Below are positions 1-13,598 of a stretch of DNA of 64,000 nt, piece by piece; position 1 is the stretch's first letter; the number at the start of each line of letters is the position of its first letter. This DNA comes from Octopus vulgaris (lineage: Eukaryota). Made by a program: the position numbers and the translations under genes. The notes beneath the pieces are model-generated. The model was not told where the DNA came from, did no database searches, and saw only the letters and a program-made list of their open reading frames with translations. The DNA is taken from the NCBI GenBank assembly GCA_951406725.2, contig OX597831.1:70928001-70992000 (forward strand), in the 5' to 3' direction.

Positions 1-1440
1 CTGCGTTGCTCCCACCATATCTCTGTGTGTAAGAGAAGACAAGATGTTGTCAGTTTCTGCTTCTGCTTTCCACTTCCTGGCTGTTTTCACCTCTGGTGGG
101 TTACGCCTGATTTCCATATCCTTCGATTCTCTCAGCATCATGACCGTCCGTATCTTCCCCAACTTATATATTTCGACTATTGATGCTATTGGTAACTGCA
201 ACGAACCTCTTTTACGATAAAGAGCTGAGCTGTTCAACATACGAGGTAGACCTAGCCACTTTCTAATGAACACATTACATTTTTGTTCGATCTTTTCAAC
301 TCGTGACAATGCTACTTCGTATATTAAAAGTGGACACGCAAGTCGCGGGTACAGGCCGAACTGCAAGCACCAAATTTTATATTTACCTGGTAACTTCGAA
401 ACATCAATCGCTGATAACCCAGCCTCGGCCTGTTTCATAATTTCAATCCCACGACTTCTATCTGACAATGTTCCAGCGTATACTCGTCCCAAGCTCTTGA
501 CGGGCTCTTCCTTGACTGTTGGAATGCTTTCTTCCGATATTCGAAATTTAAATTCTTTCTGCACTCCCTTAACAAATGTCAGACTACGCGACTTTTTTGC
601 TCTAAATCGCATCCTTGACCACCTTACACGTTCGTCTAATCTCAAAAGGGCATTCTGCATGATTTGTTTATCTGTAGCTAGAAGTGTCACGTCATCCATG
701 AAGGCTTTCTTAGGCGATTGTACATGGGCGATTTGTTCCGAAAAATCTACACCTTTCAAAATCAACTCCATGACTAAGATAAACCACGTGACAGATATTG
801 TACAGCCAGCAGCAATGCCAACCTCCAATCGGTGCCAATTTGTTGTAAAACTTCCAGTTGTAAACCTCATTTCGAAACTTTCATAGTACATCCTCATTAT
901 TTTGATCACTTTATCAGGAATGTGGAAGTGGTCCATGGCTGTTATTAGTAATTTGTGTGGCACTGAACCATACGCGTTAGCTAGGTCGAGCCATACCACG
1001 TTCAGACTTTTCTTGTTCTGTTTGGCATCCTGAATCGCTTTCCAAATCGAAAAACAGTGTTCAACGCATCCAGGGATCCCGGGGATTCCGGCCTTTTGAA
1101 CAGATTCATCAACATATCCGTTACTCTGTAAATATGTCACTGTTCTCCTCGACAGAATTCCCATAAAGATCTTGCCTTCCACATTCAATAAGGATATCGG
1201 CCTAAACTGTTTTATGGTCTTTGCATTGGCCTCTTTCGGCAGGTATATACCTTCTGCCTTACACCAATCCTCTACTATAGTCTCCTCGCGCCACAGTTGT
1301 CGGATTAGGACGAAGAGCTTCTTTCGCAGACGATTGCAGTATTTGTAGACTTTATATGAGACGCCATCACCTCCTGGGGCACTCTTCGCTCTAGCTTTTC
1401 TTACGAAGTCATTCACCTCTCTCTCCCTGATGTCCCCAAT
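1..1440 (-). mobile_element. Hero-like (R2 superfamily) non-LTR retrotransposon, reverse transcriptase ORF; 5'-truncated, continues beyond left edge
   Basis: Manual minus-strand translation from 1440: IGDIREREVNDFVRKARAKSAPGGDG...FRPISLLNVEGKIF...QKAGIPGIPGCVEH...WLDLANAYGSVPH...GIAAGCTIS...KAFMDD...RKWLGLPR...ATQ. No stop seen in 480 codons. AFMDD and GCTIS are Hero-type RT motifs. Confidence 0.9.
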
Positions 1441-1644
1441 CTACTGGCAGTTCACAATCATATTCATTTGATCAAATCTTTTCTACTTGCAAGACTGTTG
1501 AACAGCTGTAGCATAGGAAGACACTGGAATGTGTGTATGTATGTGAGGGGTGGGGGTAGTAAGTACTTGTATCATGCAATTCATTTTAGACTGTTCAATA
1601 ATATAAATATACATATATATCTTCATACTATTGCATGTCCTACT

Positions 1645-1730
1645 TCTCTTATCACTCTCTCTAATCACTCTCTCTTATCACTCTCTCTTATCACTCTCTC
1701 TTATCACTCTCTCTAATCACTCTCTTTTCC
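1645..1730. repeat. Short tandem repeat, ~13-bp unit (tctcttatcactc)
   Basis: About six imperfect copies of ctctct(t/a)atcactct. Confidence 0.8.
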
Positions 1731-2271
1731 TCTGTTTTGCTCTACATATTTTGTACATTGACATTTTTGCCTGACATATCTTCATGTCTTCACAATCTAT
1801 CCGTTGTGTCATCAAGGCTGACAGTTTAATGCTGGGTATCCAGACAGAGTATTATCACTGACAGCTCTATTTATAAGTGTCATTGTCTTTTTGGGTTAAA
1901 ACTGACCATTATCTGAAACAACAGACTTGATTGCCAAAGTTCTCAAATTCTATTGAATCCATCGCTAACATTGTTTGCCTGAGGTAACAGATACATAACA
2001 TGGTTTTTTTTTTCTTTGTATCATTTCAAACAAATAATATTTTGTAAAAGCAACCAAAGTAAAAGCAAAGTTCTAGAAATTTAGTGGTTTTGTTTCACAG
2101 CCATCATTGCAGATACAGCTTTTTTGTTTGAGACAATGTAAAGTGTATAGGACTGCATTATTGAATGCTTCCCACTTGTTTTTAAGAAGGTAAAGTGTAT
2201 TTCAAAAGAGATTTAGCTGCTATTTCAAGCAAATACACAATGACATAAAAGTTCTCTGGCCTCAAGTCAGC

Positions 2272-2817
2272 TCTAAGTGAGCAGAGCTATAAACAAAGGC
2301 ATTCTAATCATAATACTCTCCATCAGGCATTTGCCATATTCTGAATGCCTTACTTCTCTGGGCATGGACACATTGAAACTCCAACATTTGGCAGCTGACT
2401 TGGCAGACACCCATAAAATAATTAACCATCTTACAAACAATAACTCTGAGCACATTTTCAAACTCCACCTGTCTAACACCCGTGGACATGTTTACAAAGT
2501 CAGAAAACAGCATAGCTCCCATGACTTTAGGAAACATTTTTTTCATGCTAAGAGTTGCTGAAGCATGGAACAAACTGCCGGCATCAGTTGTTAGTTGTCG
2601 GAGCACTGCATCCTTCAAAACTTCCATGCTTCCTGAGATTCACCAACACTACACCTGAATTTTCTCCCCTCCATACACATGCAAGCATGTATCTGACTCA
2701 TACACTGTTCACTTTCCAGACATTTGTACATTACTGCATAAGCTTTATATGCACTTTTGACAAGTTGTGGTGCACCTGAGCACTGTATACAATAATTTCA
2801 TTATTATTATTATTATA
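2272..2817 (+). mobile_element. CR1/L2-group LINE 3' fragment with (ATT)n tail
   Basis: YSECLTSLGMDTLK...NTRGHVYKVRK...RKHFF, then frameshifted RVAEAWNKLPASVV...SFK; 3' UTR ends in attattattatt. Confidence 0.8.
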
Positions 2818-4979
2818 ATCATCACCATTTTATTTTCAGGTCCAGTAAATCAATTATCCAGTTCTAACTTTTCTAAGGTGGTAAGGTGATTTGAGAAAGA
2901 TTTGACTGTTGTCAAGAAGCTCTCTCATTACCTTATCTAATATTGATTTCTTACAAGGCCTCAAATTTAGGGGAGGCATATAGTCAGTTATATCACCTCC
3001 AGTTTATGACTGGTATTTCATTTTATTGACCTGGGAAAGATGAAAGTAAAATCAATATCACAGAGATTTGAATTTAGGGCTTAATTAGCTGCTGCTAAGA
3101 GCTTAATTAGCTGCTGCAGTGCAGCTCATTCAGTTTTCTAATGACTTTGCCTAATCCAAAGCCCACTCATTGCTAGTAGTAGAAGCTTGTGGGAACACTA
3201 GACTAAGTACAAAGCAGTTATTTAGTTGCACCCTTAAGCATTCCAAGTTCACATACCAACATAGTATTGTCTTTTATTTTTCTAGTTTCAGTAAATTATT
3301 TATCAATCATATTTTGGGGTAGATTTAATCAGCTAAGTTTTCTGCATTGTTTGTGGATTATTATGGTGCCAATGTAAATAATTATTATCAAGAGAAGTAA
3401 TTTGATCTCATTACAACCATAATGTTTGCTTCTCCCACACATTTCTACTAATGATTTCTTAATAAGACCACAAATTTTATGGTGGTGAGGAGGATACAAT
3501 AAAAAAAAAATACAAAAATTATAATAATCTCAGTTTTTCACAGGTTCTTATTTTATTGAATTCAAAAGCAAAGAACTTATCAAGATTTGAACTTAAAACA
3601 TAAAAGCTAAATATCGCTATACATTCTGTTAATTCTGTCAAGTTCTTCACTTAAAGTTTTTGAATTTTTAGTTATGCCACATAGAATAGTAGAGTTTTGC
3701 ATTGTCTTTACTTCTTTCTGTTGGATTATAAAAAAAGCTACAGCAAGTGAGAACTGCTGTGTCAATAAACCAATTAATCAGTCTCTGACTTTACTTCCAT
3801 TGAAGGGAACAGACTCAGCAGAAATAGAAGATTGCCAGGATTAAATATCAATTTTTACTTTCTCTTTGGTTTCGTATTTTTTCCTTCAGTTCATTAATTT
3901 GTTTTAGCCATTATGACTAATGCCATTCTGGAGCACTACCTTTCTGTTGTTTGTCTACTAAAGCAGACTTCAATTTTCACGTCTCCCAGATTAATGGAAT
4001 AAGCAGAACATATGATAGCTACACCCACGCCATTCCCTAATATACTAAGTTCAGGAGTCAGCCAACTTCAACCTCATAAACCAGCAAAAACTATCTTTAT
4101 GTCAAATCAAATCAAACATGAAAATCAAACATCTTTACTTTCACATGTTATTGTATCTTCTCCCCGACTCCTTCTCCATCCTCCATTCACAACTGAAAGT
4201 TCCAGTTATTGGAAATTCTGACATTCTATTTTCATATTTTGACCTAAGACAAACAACATGTCAAAACCATATTTTTATCTTTCTTCATATTGCTTTCAGC
4301 TTTTATTTTAATGAAACAACGAATTCTACTCAGAAATTGTCTTAAAAGGGTTTAGGTTTTTATTTTCTTATTCATGTAATTGTTGCTTTTTAAAGGGGAA
4401 GGCAAGAATATGTGTTTTTTTTTTTACTTTTTGTCTATTTTTCAAAGGGTGCCATGAGTATCCTTTCGGTTTTTGTGAATATGGTTCTATTATTGTATAT
4501 TTTTTCTTTGTTTCTTTTTATGATTCCTATCTTTATAATTTTCTCTTCAATTTTTTTTTTTTTTTTCAAATAAATATATATGTTTTTGAGCCTAATGGGC
4601 GAAAAGCTGTCATTTTTCACATGACAATGATCATGCAACCGCTTGCATACATACAGAATAATATATTAAAGCAAACTATGCATATTAATACTTGTGTGTG
4701 TTTATGTTTAAGTGTTTAACCTTGCTTTCATGTATATGTGTACATGTATGTGAGTGTGTATGTATTTATACATAAGATAGTGAGAAACAGATAGACAGAT
4801 ACATATGTATGTGTGCATAAATATATATTCTTCCTCATCAGCATCAGCATCCTCACCATCACTATTTTAATGTCCACTTTTCAATGCTTGCATGATGGTA
4901 ATTCTCATTTACAACTATCACATAATGTCTAGACAAGGAGACATTAACACACACACACACACATACAAACACACATTTA

Positions 4980-5143
4980 TATGACGGATTCTTCCAGTTC
5001 CCATCCATCAAATCCACTTGTAAGGCTTTGATCAGTCTGGGGCTATAGTTGAAGACATTTGCCCGAGATGCCACGCTGTTGGACTGAACCTGGAACCATG
5101 TGGTTGGTAAGCAAACTTCTTACCACACGGCCACACCTGCACC
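4980..5143 (-). mobile_element. tRNA-derived SINE family A, head half
   Basis: Reverse complement gives GGTGCAGGTGTGGCCGTGTGGTAAG...GGTTCAGTCC; matches other family A copies. Confidence 0.75.
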
Positions 5144-5574
5144 CAATCTGTGTGTTGTGTCCTTGAGCAAGGTATTTCATTTCAGTTTGTTCCTCTTCTG
5201 CAAGCTGTAAATGATAACCAGCAGCAGCAGCTTAGGTTTTACCATAAGGCGAACTAGTGTTTTGTCTAAGAAAAAAAAACCCACAAAGGCAAACCAGGAA
5301 AAAAGTCCTTAACACATGTAGTAAAACTTTATTTTTTATTTATGCAAAGTTGATGATTGCTACTTTGAAATTCCCATGTGTCTGATTATCATGACTCTCT
5401 GGAAGATGGTGCACAAAATAGAGGCTGGTTCTTTTGCTTTCAGTGGTTAGTAGGAAACAAGGAGCAAACTTCAGTGCCCAGTGTTAGTTTCCTTATATAC
5501 CTGGCTTCTGTAGATGAGTTACTGGTTCATATTAGGTACCAAGTCACACTACAGTATGCATAGGTGTCTTTTAT

Positions 5575-6000
5575 GTTTTTATTTGTTTCAGTCATTAGAC
5601 TGTAGCCCTGATGGGGCACCACCGCCTTGAAGAATTTCTAGTTGAATGAAAAGACCCCAGAACTTATTTATTATTATTTTTTAAAGCCTGGTACTTATTC
5701 TATTGTCGAACCACTAAGTTATGGGATATAAACACACCAACACTGGCTGTCAAGTGATGGTGGTAGATGGAAACTGAAAGAAGCTATCATGTGCGCGCAT
5801 GTGTGTGTCTGCACATGCCTCACCACAACCGTTTGACAACCAGTGTTGCTGTGTTTACATCCTTGTAACTTAACAGTTCAGCAAAAGAAACCATCAGAAA
5901 AAGAAGTACACTGGAGTTAATTCATTTGACTAAAATTCTTCAAAGCTATGCCCCAGTATGGCCACAGTTAAAGGACTAAAGAAAGTAAAAGATTGAAGAT
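5575..6000. mobile_element. Two inverted 3' halves of SINE family A
   Basis: 5575-5762 matches the minus-strand tail (ttgtttcagtcatt...); 5762-6000 matches the plus-strand body (ggaaactgaaagaagc...aagtaaaaga). Confidence 0.65.
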
Positions 6001-6996
6001 AAAGAGGTGTGTGCACATGCATGTGTGTGTGTGTGTGTATGTGTGTGTGTGTGTGTGCGTGTTAATCCAAACTCCCTTTCATCTGATCAACTCAGTTTTG
6101 AATGGCTTACAACTGTATAAAATGTTTTATCGTACCAACTTCAGCTTATTCATTTGTCACATGCATTTTAGATGTGTCTGATGGTATTGGAGACGTAGAT
6201 GAAGTCCCCATGGATATATATTTGTAGGCTGTTTGCCTTTTAGCAGATCTTGCGCTTTTCTGGGCTATGTTAGCTTTGCAATAACTCTGTATATTTGAGA
6301 CATAAATTGTCATATTTGTGCATTGATTTTGTGGTTTGACATTTTAGTACACCATGATCTCAGCTAGCAAAAATGCAATTAAATTCTACTTTTTGTTCAT
6401 TTTTTTCTTTCAGTACTTTTTTCCTAACTGAAGAGTAGGGATCTTTCGGTATCCATCTATGATGGAGTCATCATCTGTTGCCATGGTTTTGCATTCCAAG
6501 CTTAACTGTTGTGATTATCAAAGAGGTTCATGTGAATTGATAAATAAAAGCCAACAAAGTAGAATTAGATGGTTTTGCATTTATCATGATTATTGATATT
6601 GTTTTACCAGTTTGGGCTCACAGCTGTGTCTTCTCACACATTTAGGATTACGAAGCACTTTATACTTCAGTTAATTCTGTCATAGATTATTTTGCTAATG
6701 AAGCCATACTTTTTCTTTACAGTAGAGGGCATTATAGAAATTTCCTTTGTAGTATTTTAGTTTTTATCAGGGCTTACTTTTAGCTAGGCAGTCAGAGTTT
6801 GTTTTGTTTCCTTACATTCATGTTCAATATTTTGATATAATCTGTACTGATGTATTGATATCAGTTTAATTGTAAGACTTAAATTATTCTGTTTTGCACT
6901 GAGAAAAATAGATGTTTCACAGATGCTGAAAACTTGGAATACTTTCAGATGAATGCTAAAACACTTTTGTCTGCATATTTCTAATGAGAAACAATA

Positions 6997-7391
6997 TACT
7001 CTTTACTCTTTTACTTGTTTCAGTCATTTGACTGCAGCCATGCTGGAGCACCGCCTTTAATCGAGCAACTCAACCCCGGGACTTATTCTTTGTAAGCCCA
7101 GTACTTATTCTATCGGTCTCTTTTGCCGAACTGCTAAGTGACAGGGACATAAACACACCAGCATCGGTTATCAAGCAATGCTAGGGGGACAAACACAAAC
7201 ATACACGCACACATACATATATATACATATATACGATGGGCTTCTTTCAGTTTCCATCTACCAAACCCATGCACAAGGCTTTGGTCGGCCCGAGGCTATA
7301 GTAGAAGACACTTGCCCAAGGTGCCACGCAGTGGGACTGAACCCGGAACCATGTGGTCGGTAAACAAGCTACTTGCCACACAGCCACTCCT
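6997..7391 (-). mobile_element. SINE family A, full length
   Basis: A-box-like TGGCTGTGTGG, B-box-like GGTTCAGTCCC, CCTTGGGCAAG motif, internal TA/TG microsatellite and (AGTAAAAG)n tail; near-identical to 18135 and 42328 copies. Confidence 0.9.
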
Positions 7392-7753
7392 ATTTCAGTT
7401 ATTTTAAAAATAATTAAGAATTGAAAGGAATTTAGTAAAATAACTAACCTTTTCAATATTTGTTGTTTAGAACAAAACATAAGAAAAGAATGCTGAATAA
7501 AACTGTGATGCAGTGTTTTAATTTGAGTATATGAGTTTTTGTTTTGTATTATGTAACCACAAGTGAACTGTTACAGATTGATATTGAGAAGTTAATGGTA
7601 TCAAATTAATTGCACACTCACATAACAGATGAATGCACATAAGCATGGAGACACCTATGTGTATATATATGATGTGTGTGTGTGTGCATGATGTACTTGC
7701 ATGTACTTGTGTGTGTGTCAGTGTGTTTATGTGTGTATATATGTATATTAATA

Positions 7754-8063
7754 CGGTGGCACGTAGCACCATCCGTTCGTGGCTGTTGCCAGCCACGCCT
7801 GGTCCCCATGCCGGTGGCATGTAAAAAGCACCATCCGTCCGTGGCCGTTTGCCAGCACCATCTGGCACCTGTGCGGGTGGCACATAAAAAGCACCCACTA
7901 CACTCACGGAGTGGTTGGCGTTAGGAAGGGCATCCAGCCGTAGAAACACTACCAGATCAGACTGGGCCTGATGCAGCCTTCTGGCTTCACAGACCCCAGT
8001 TGAACCGTCCAACCCATGCTAGCATGGAAAGCGGACGCTAAATGATGATGATGATGATGATGA
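7754..8063 (+). mobile_element. (GAT)n-tailed RTE 3'-UTR-type repeat (family B)
   Basis: Repeated ggca(c/t)(g/a)taaaaagcacc units, then ...gcatggaaagcggacgctaaatgatgatgat; near-identical inverted copy at 33868-34112. Confidence 0.85.
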
Positions 8064-8409
8064 TACGTGTATGTGTGTGTGTGAAATCATAACATACATA
8101 TACACAACTACATAATCTAACAAGAGGCAGTGATTCTCTGTTGCTGTGCACAGCTGATGACAAAAGTTCCCCCCAAAATAGTAGGACACAGTGAGACTTG
8201 TCCATTCCATTCTAGCTGAGAAAACCAAACAGTAAAGCAATGCCGTTGAAGATAATGATGGTAATAAACAGACACACACAGACACATATTATTTTAAAAT
8301 GATTCTATGAATCACACCATTAAAATATTCATGATATTGAATATTTGAAAACAGACAAAATAATTGACATAATTCTTAAATAAAGTAAAGTATTACTGTA
8401 ATTGACAGT

Positions 8410-8880
8410 ATACAAGTGAATGGTAGAATTGATGGCCAGAAGTGTCTCTTTGTGATTGATTCAGCCTCGGAGCAGACTTTTGGGAGACCTGAAATGCTAC
8501 AACATCAAGACCTACATGAGTCATCACAGCAGGTGTGTGCTATTACCGGGCACTCTACTGAAGTAAAGGAATTGGCTGATGTCCTGATTGAGGTTGCAGG
8601 ACAAAAGGTCGTGCTTCCAGTCTATGTGGTGGTGGTGATGGAGGATCCTTATCTCTTAGGTCTGAAGCTTTTGGTGAGAAGAAGATCAATCTCTGTCGAG
8701 GTGGTAAAGTGGACCATTGCTAGAGGTGAAGTGAGAATGTTATAGTCGACAATGATCTCACTGAGATCAGAACTACTACTCCAGTGTGGTGTGAAGCACC
8801 ATATTGACACAGGGGGTCATCACCCAATCAAGCAACCAGCTCAAAGGTTAGCACCAGGGCAGCATAAAGAGACGGAATGT
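8410..8880 (+). mobile_element. Ty3/Gypsy pol remnant (aspartic protease and start of RT)
   Basis: VNGRIDGQKCLFVIDSASEQTF...EDPYLLGL (retropepsin-like), followed by VKHHIDTGGHHPIKQPAQRL. Confidence 0.75.
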
Positions 8881-9202
8881 TCTAAAAGAGAAGTTAATAC
8901 AGAAAGATATTTGTGAGATAAAAGAAAGGTTGAGTCAGAATTACAAAATGTTCCTGAAAACTTTTTAGAGGAGACTAAATCTTTCCTTGGAGTCAAAAAA
9001 AATAATGCATATACAGTATTTACAGGAATGTAATAGGAAGAACATGATCCAGAAAAAAAATTTTTAAATGAAAGAAAATGAGAAACTAAAAGAGCAGGTG
9101 TTCTCACTGAACAGTGACAACAGCTGACAGTCAGAAAGTAAATTTCAGCTGATCCAAGAAATTATTGAACTAAAGGCAAATATCTTACAAAAAAAAAAAG
9201 AA

Positions 9203-9203
<1 letters not shown>

Positions 9204-9255
<52 letters not shown>

Positions 9256-9268
9256 TAATAATAATAAT
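9204..9268. repeat. (AAT)n microsatellite
   Basis: Seen directly. Confidence 0.95.
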
Positions 9269-10302
9269 GGGATGACATACAACGCATGTGTAAAAGTCTT
9301 GCTGTATAAAAGAAAAAAAGTCTTCCAGCTCAGAAGATTTAGAATTGAAACTGCAGAGTCTAAGATGGAAATTATGTCATTATGGTGGAAGTAAAGAAGC
9401 TTCAGTTCACAGAATATAATTATCAGAAGTTATAAATCTTGTATACATTTGTCAGGTTGGCAAATATTTAAGGAGTGGGTAGTGTTACAAATGAAAATTT
9501 ATATTCCAATAATTTCTCGTTCATACAATGCAAATTTGAACACCACCCTCTAGTTCTGGAAATGAAGTTGAAAACGTAATTTGTTGTAGTCATGTGACTG
9601 TTTAAAGCTTAGTCAGTATGAATTGGTGTGCTTTTTGCTGTGTGAGTGAACTATGAATGCTACTAGTGAACATGCGGCAAGTGAGTTTTGTGCTAGAAGT
9701 TGATATGGCAGTTGGTGCCATGCGGTCAATGTGAGGCAGCCAGTGTGAGAGATGGTGCCGGGCAATTTCATGTGGAATAGTCAACACAGTATTTGGTGTT
9801 GAGGAAGTGTGGCATCAGTAAATAAGTCAGTTTGATACGACAGTGAATGTGAGATGGTTAATGGGAACAGTGGCGTCTTTGTAGGGTAGAGATGGTGCAT
9901 AAAGAATGCAGAATGGTTGTTACTGGACTAATGTGAATTTGGAACTAACAACAGAGTTCAGTTGAAAAAAAAAAAAATAAGAGATAGAAAATAAATCATT
10001 AGACAGGTGAATAAAAAGAACAGCAAACCAAAAGAAGTCAACACATTTCAAAGATAAAGGAAAGAACTCTCTAAAAACTCTCCAAAGAACTTTCCATTTA
10101 TTCCATAAATGTTTATTTGCCCCTTAATTAAAGCTCTTGTACTTTGCTTATACTCAACAGTTTTGTTTGTTATTTTCAACTCTTCTGACTTATATACACT
10201 TTTTAACCACTGAGCAATAATGGTACCTACCCATGTGTGTGTGTGTGAGTGTGTGTGCGTGAATTTCTGTATACATAATGTCACCAATCACAGACATTTG
10301 TT

Positions 10303-10356
<54 letters not shown>

Positions 10357-10366
10357 AAGTAGATGT

Positions 10367-10527
10367 AGGAGTGACTGTGTGGTAAGTAGCTTGCTTACCA
10401 ACCACATGGTTCTGGGTTCAGTCCCACTGAATGGCACCTTAGGCAAGTGTCTTCTACTATAGCCTCGGGCCGAACAAAGCTTTGTGAGGTGATTTGGTAG
10501 ATGGAAACTGAAAGAAGCCCGTCGTAT
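10367..10527 (+). mobile_element. SINE family A head, broken at its internal (TA)n
   Basis: ggagtgactgtgtggtaag...gggttcagtccc...ggaaactgaaagaagcccgtcg. Confidence 0.85.
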
Positions 10528-10540
10528 ATATATATATAGA

Positions 10541-10881
10541 TTATGGAGATGTACTTGCATAGCAAGTGACCTGATCTGAGATCGTGTGCTGGAACGAAAA
10601 CAATTGCAGTGTGGAAGGTGTTTATAAGCCATTTAAGAAACACACAAAAACCGTTAGATTCACATCAACACTTAAATTTTATTTGCCAAAATATTTTCAT
10701 TGCTTTGAGACCGCAACCTGTTCACTGACAAAATTCCATGCTGCACGGAATTTTGTCAGTGAACAGGTTGCGGTCTCAAAGTGATGAAAATTTTTTGACA
10801 AATTGAATTTAAATGTTGAAGTGAATCTAACAGTTTTTGTGTGTTTCTTAAATGGCTTATAAACACCTTCCATGCTACAAT

Positions 10882-10883
<2 letters not shown>
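10541..10883. mobile_element. Fold-back insert in (TA)n, ~140-bp inverted arms; probable Penelope-like pLTR derivative
   Basis: 10601-10740 is the reverse complement of 10744-10883; second, centrally deleted copy at ~32762-33006. Confidence 0.75.
10752..10802 (+). ncRNA. Putative minimal type-I hammerhead ribozyme, G3:C8 core variant (mirror copy on minus strand ~10682-10732)
   Basis: Stem I tttgtca/tgacaaa; core GTGAACA; stem II gttgc/gtgat (gcaat in mirror arm, gcgac in 32900 copy); GAAA; palindromic AATATT in mirror and 32900 copies. Confidence 0.5.
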
Positions 10884-10924
<41 letters not shown>

Positions 10925-11327
10925 CAAAACAAATAGTGAGGAATTATCAATCCAGGCAAACTACTTCATATAATCCCTGTTGGCACACCAGGCTAGCAAT
11001 ATTATTTAGATTAGTGAAAGGCTTCAGGTAATCTTGTTGCAGGGTCAAAGGTTATGGTTCATCACAATTCTATATTGCTATAACCAGAAATAGCTCTGAT
11101 GAAAGCAGCATAAATTTTCTGAGGTCGTTCAATTTTTCTCAATTGGTCAATAGACCAGTTGAGTAAACTTGTCAGTAATACACCTACAATGACTACTGGA
11201 AACAGCTGTGAACCAAATTTGCTCCAATAAAGGAATTATATGTAATGACCATTATTTTTAATTTGTTTCTTATATACATTATGTGTGTGTGTGCATGCGT
11301 GTGTGTATGTGTTGTGTGTGTGTGTGT

Positions 11328-11543
11328 GGTGAGCTGGCAGAAACGTTAGCATGCCGGGCGAAATGCGTAGCCGTATTTCGTCTGCCATTACATTCTGAGT
11401 TCAAATTACGCCGAGGTCGACTTTGCCTTTCATCCTTTCGGGGTCGATAAATTAAGTACCAGTTACGTACTGGGTTCGATGTAATCGACTTAATTCGTTT
11501 GTTTGTCCCCTCTATGTTTAGCCCCTTGTGGGTAATAAAGAAA
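11328..11543 (+). mobile_element. tRNA-like SINE family C
   Basis: ggtgagctggcagaaacgttagc...gagttcaaat...gccgaggtcgactttgcctttcatcctttcggggtcgataaattaagtacc; decayed relatives near 2980-3080(-), 3530-3650(-), 38750-38880(-), 44958-45058(+), 50730-50920(+), 57570-57810(-). Confidence 0.75.
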
Positions 11544-11559
11544 CACATATATATATATA

Positions 11560-11787
11560 TCACCTTGACCGACCAGTCCGTCAGGCGTCCATTTAACACC
11601 GCTGGTCACAGCACGCTGTCCACTCCTCTCTGAACAGGTTGTCACGTCGCCTCAACGAACAACAACCGAGGGAACAAGCAGGCTTCCGGAATAACTACAG
11701 CACAATGGACCATATATTTACTCTAACACAACTGCTTGAGCGAGCACATGAGTACAAGTTGCCTCTTTGCATTGCGTTTATAGATTA
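11560..11787. mobile_element. RTE-clade LINE fragment with internal inversion
   Basis: Plus strand 11633-11787: RLSRRLNEQQPREQAGFRNNYSTMDHIFTL...AFIDY (RT). Minus strand 11560-11631: REEWTACCDQRC* plus short 3' UTR. Confidence 0.75.
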
Positions 11788-12487
11788 TATATATATATAT
11801 GTGCCACTAACCACAGGCATGTTTTTACTCTCCATACATGATCACAAACTTGGGTAAGTACCATTATTGCTCTGTGGTTAAAAAGTTCACTTTAGTTCCA
11901 CAGCAAAAACACTTTTGGCAAGTGGACATTAAAATGCCGATGACAATGATTGCTGTTACAAATAAACACGGTTTGTGAAAAGTGGTTTCCTTCCACAGAC
12001 AGAGTTGTGTCAAGTTATTGTTGCAAACATTCTTCAATACATTCATCAGAGACAAGTTTTGTGAATTTAGGAACTCTGACTGTATCAGACATTTGAATTG
12101 CATTCATATTAACTCTACCACATTCCAAAGATGAATTGATTTTAACTTCACACAGTTTTCTCATTTCGTTTTTGCTACTGCTGTTTTTGTTTGCTTCTCT
12201 TTTTTTAAACAGATATTCAACTGTTTTAGTGGAGATTTTTAACTGCTTGCATTCCGTTATACGAAAATATATTGTATAACTTTATTTGCTGTGTCTATCT
12301 GGCATCTGTCAGGAAAAAACTTGTTTTCATTTGTAAGAATAAATTGACCATTCTGTTCTACACAAGAATTTTCATGTTTTGCTTCTTCTGATTCCTATTC
12401 ACCTGTGACATATCTCTGACAAATTATATATTTGACCATGGAACAGAGGACAGAACCCAAAACCTAAATCACAGAACTACATTTGCC

Positions 12488-13270
<783 letters not shown>

Positions 13271-13555
13271 ACATTATTTATATAAATGTAGACTAACTTT
13301 AAAATTCTTAAGTATGTCAATTATTTTTATGCATAAAAAATATTTTAACTGTGTTTAAAATTCACCAAATGTGAGCAAACTAGTGAACCAGTTGACACGG
13401 GGTGGTTTTTAATAGCTATAAACAAAAGATGCAGTCACTATACTAGTATTCAAATCACCTCTTTGATCTAATATTCTATTCAGAGGTGTGTGTGATTTGG
13501 TTCCAATACTCTGAAATTTGGATTATTGACGTTCAAGTAACTAAGGTTTTACTGC

Positions 13556-13598
<43 letters not shown>

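Noticed and set aside
266-886. 206-aa plus-strand ORF
   Set aside because: Antisense shadow of the Hero-like RT frame; no recognisable motifs.
4000-4260. Possible LINE AP-endonuclease remnant (also decayed LINE-like stretches at 6100-6950, 9600-9900 and 40590-40800)
   Set aside because: Too degraded to classify by eye.
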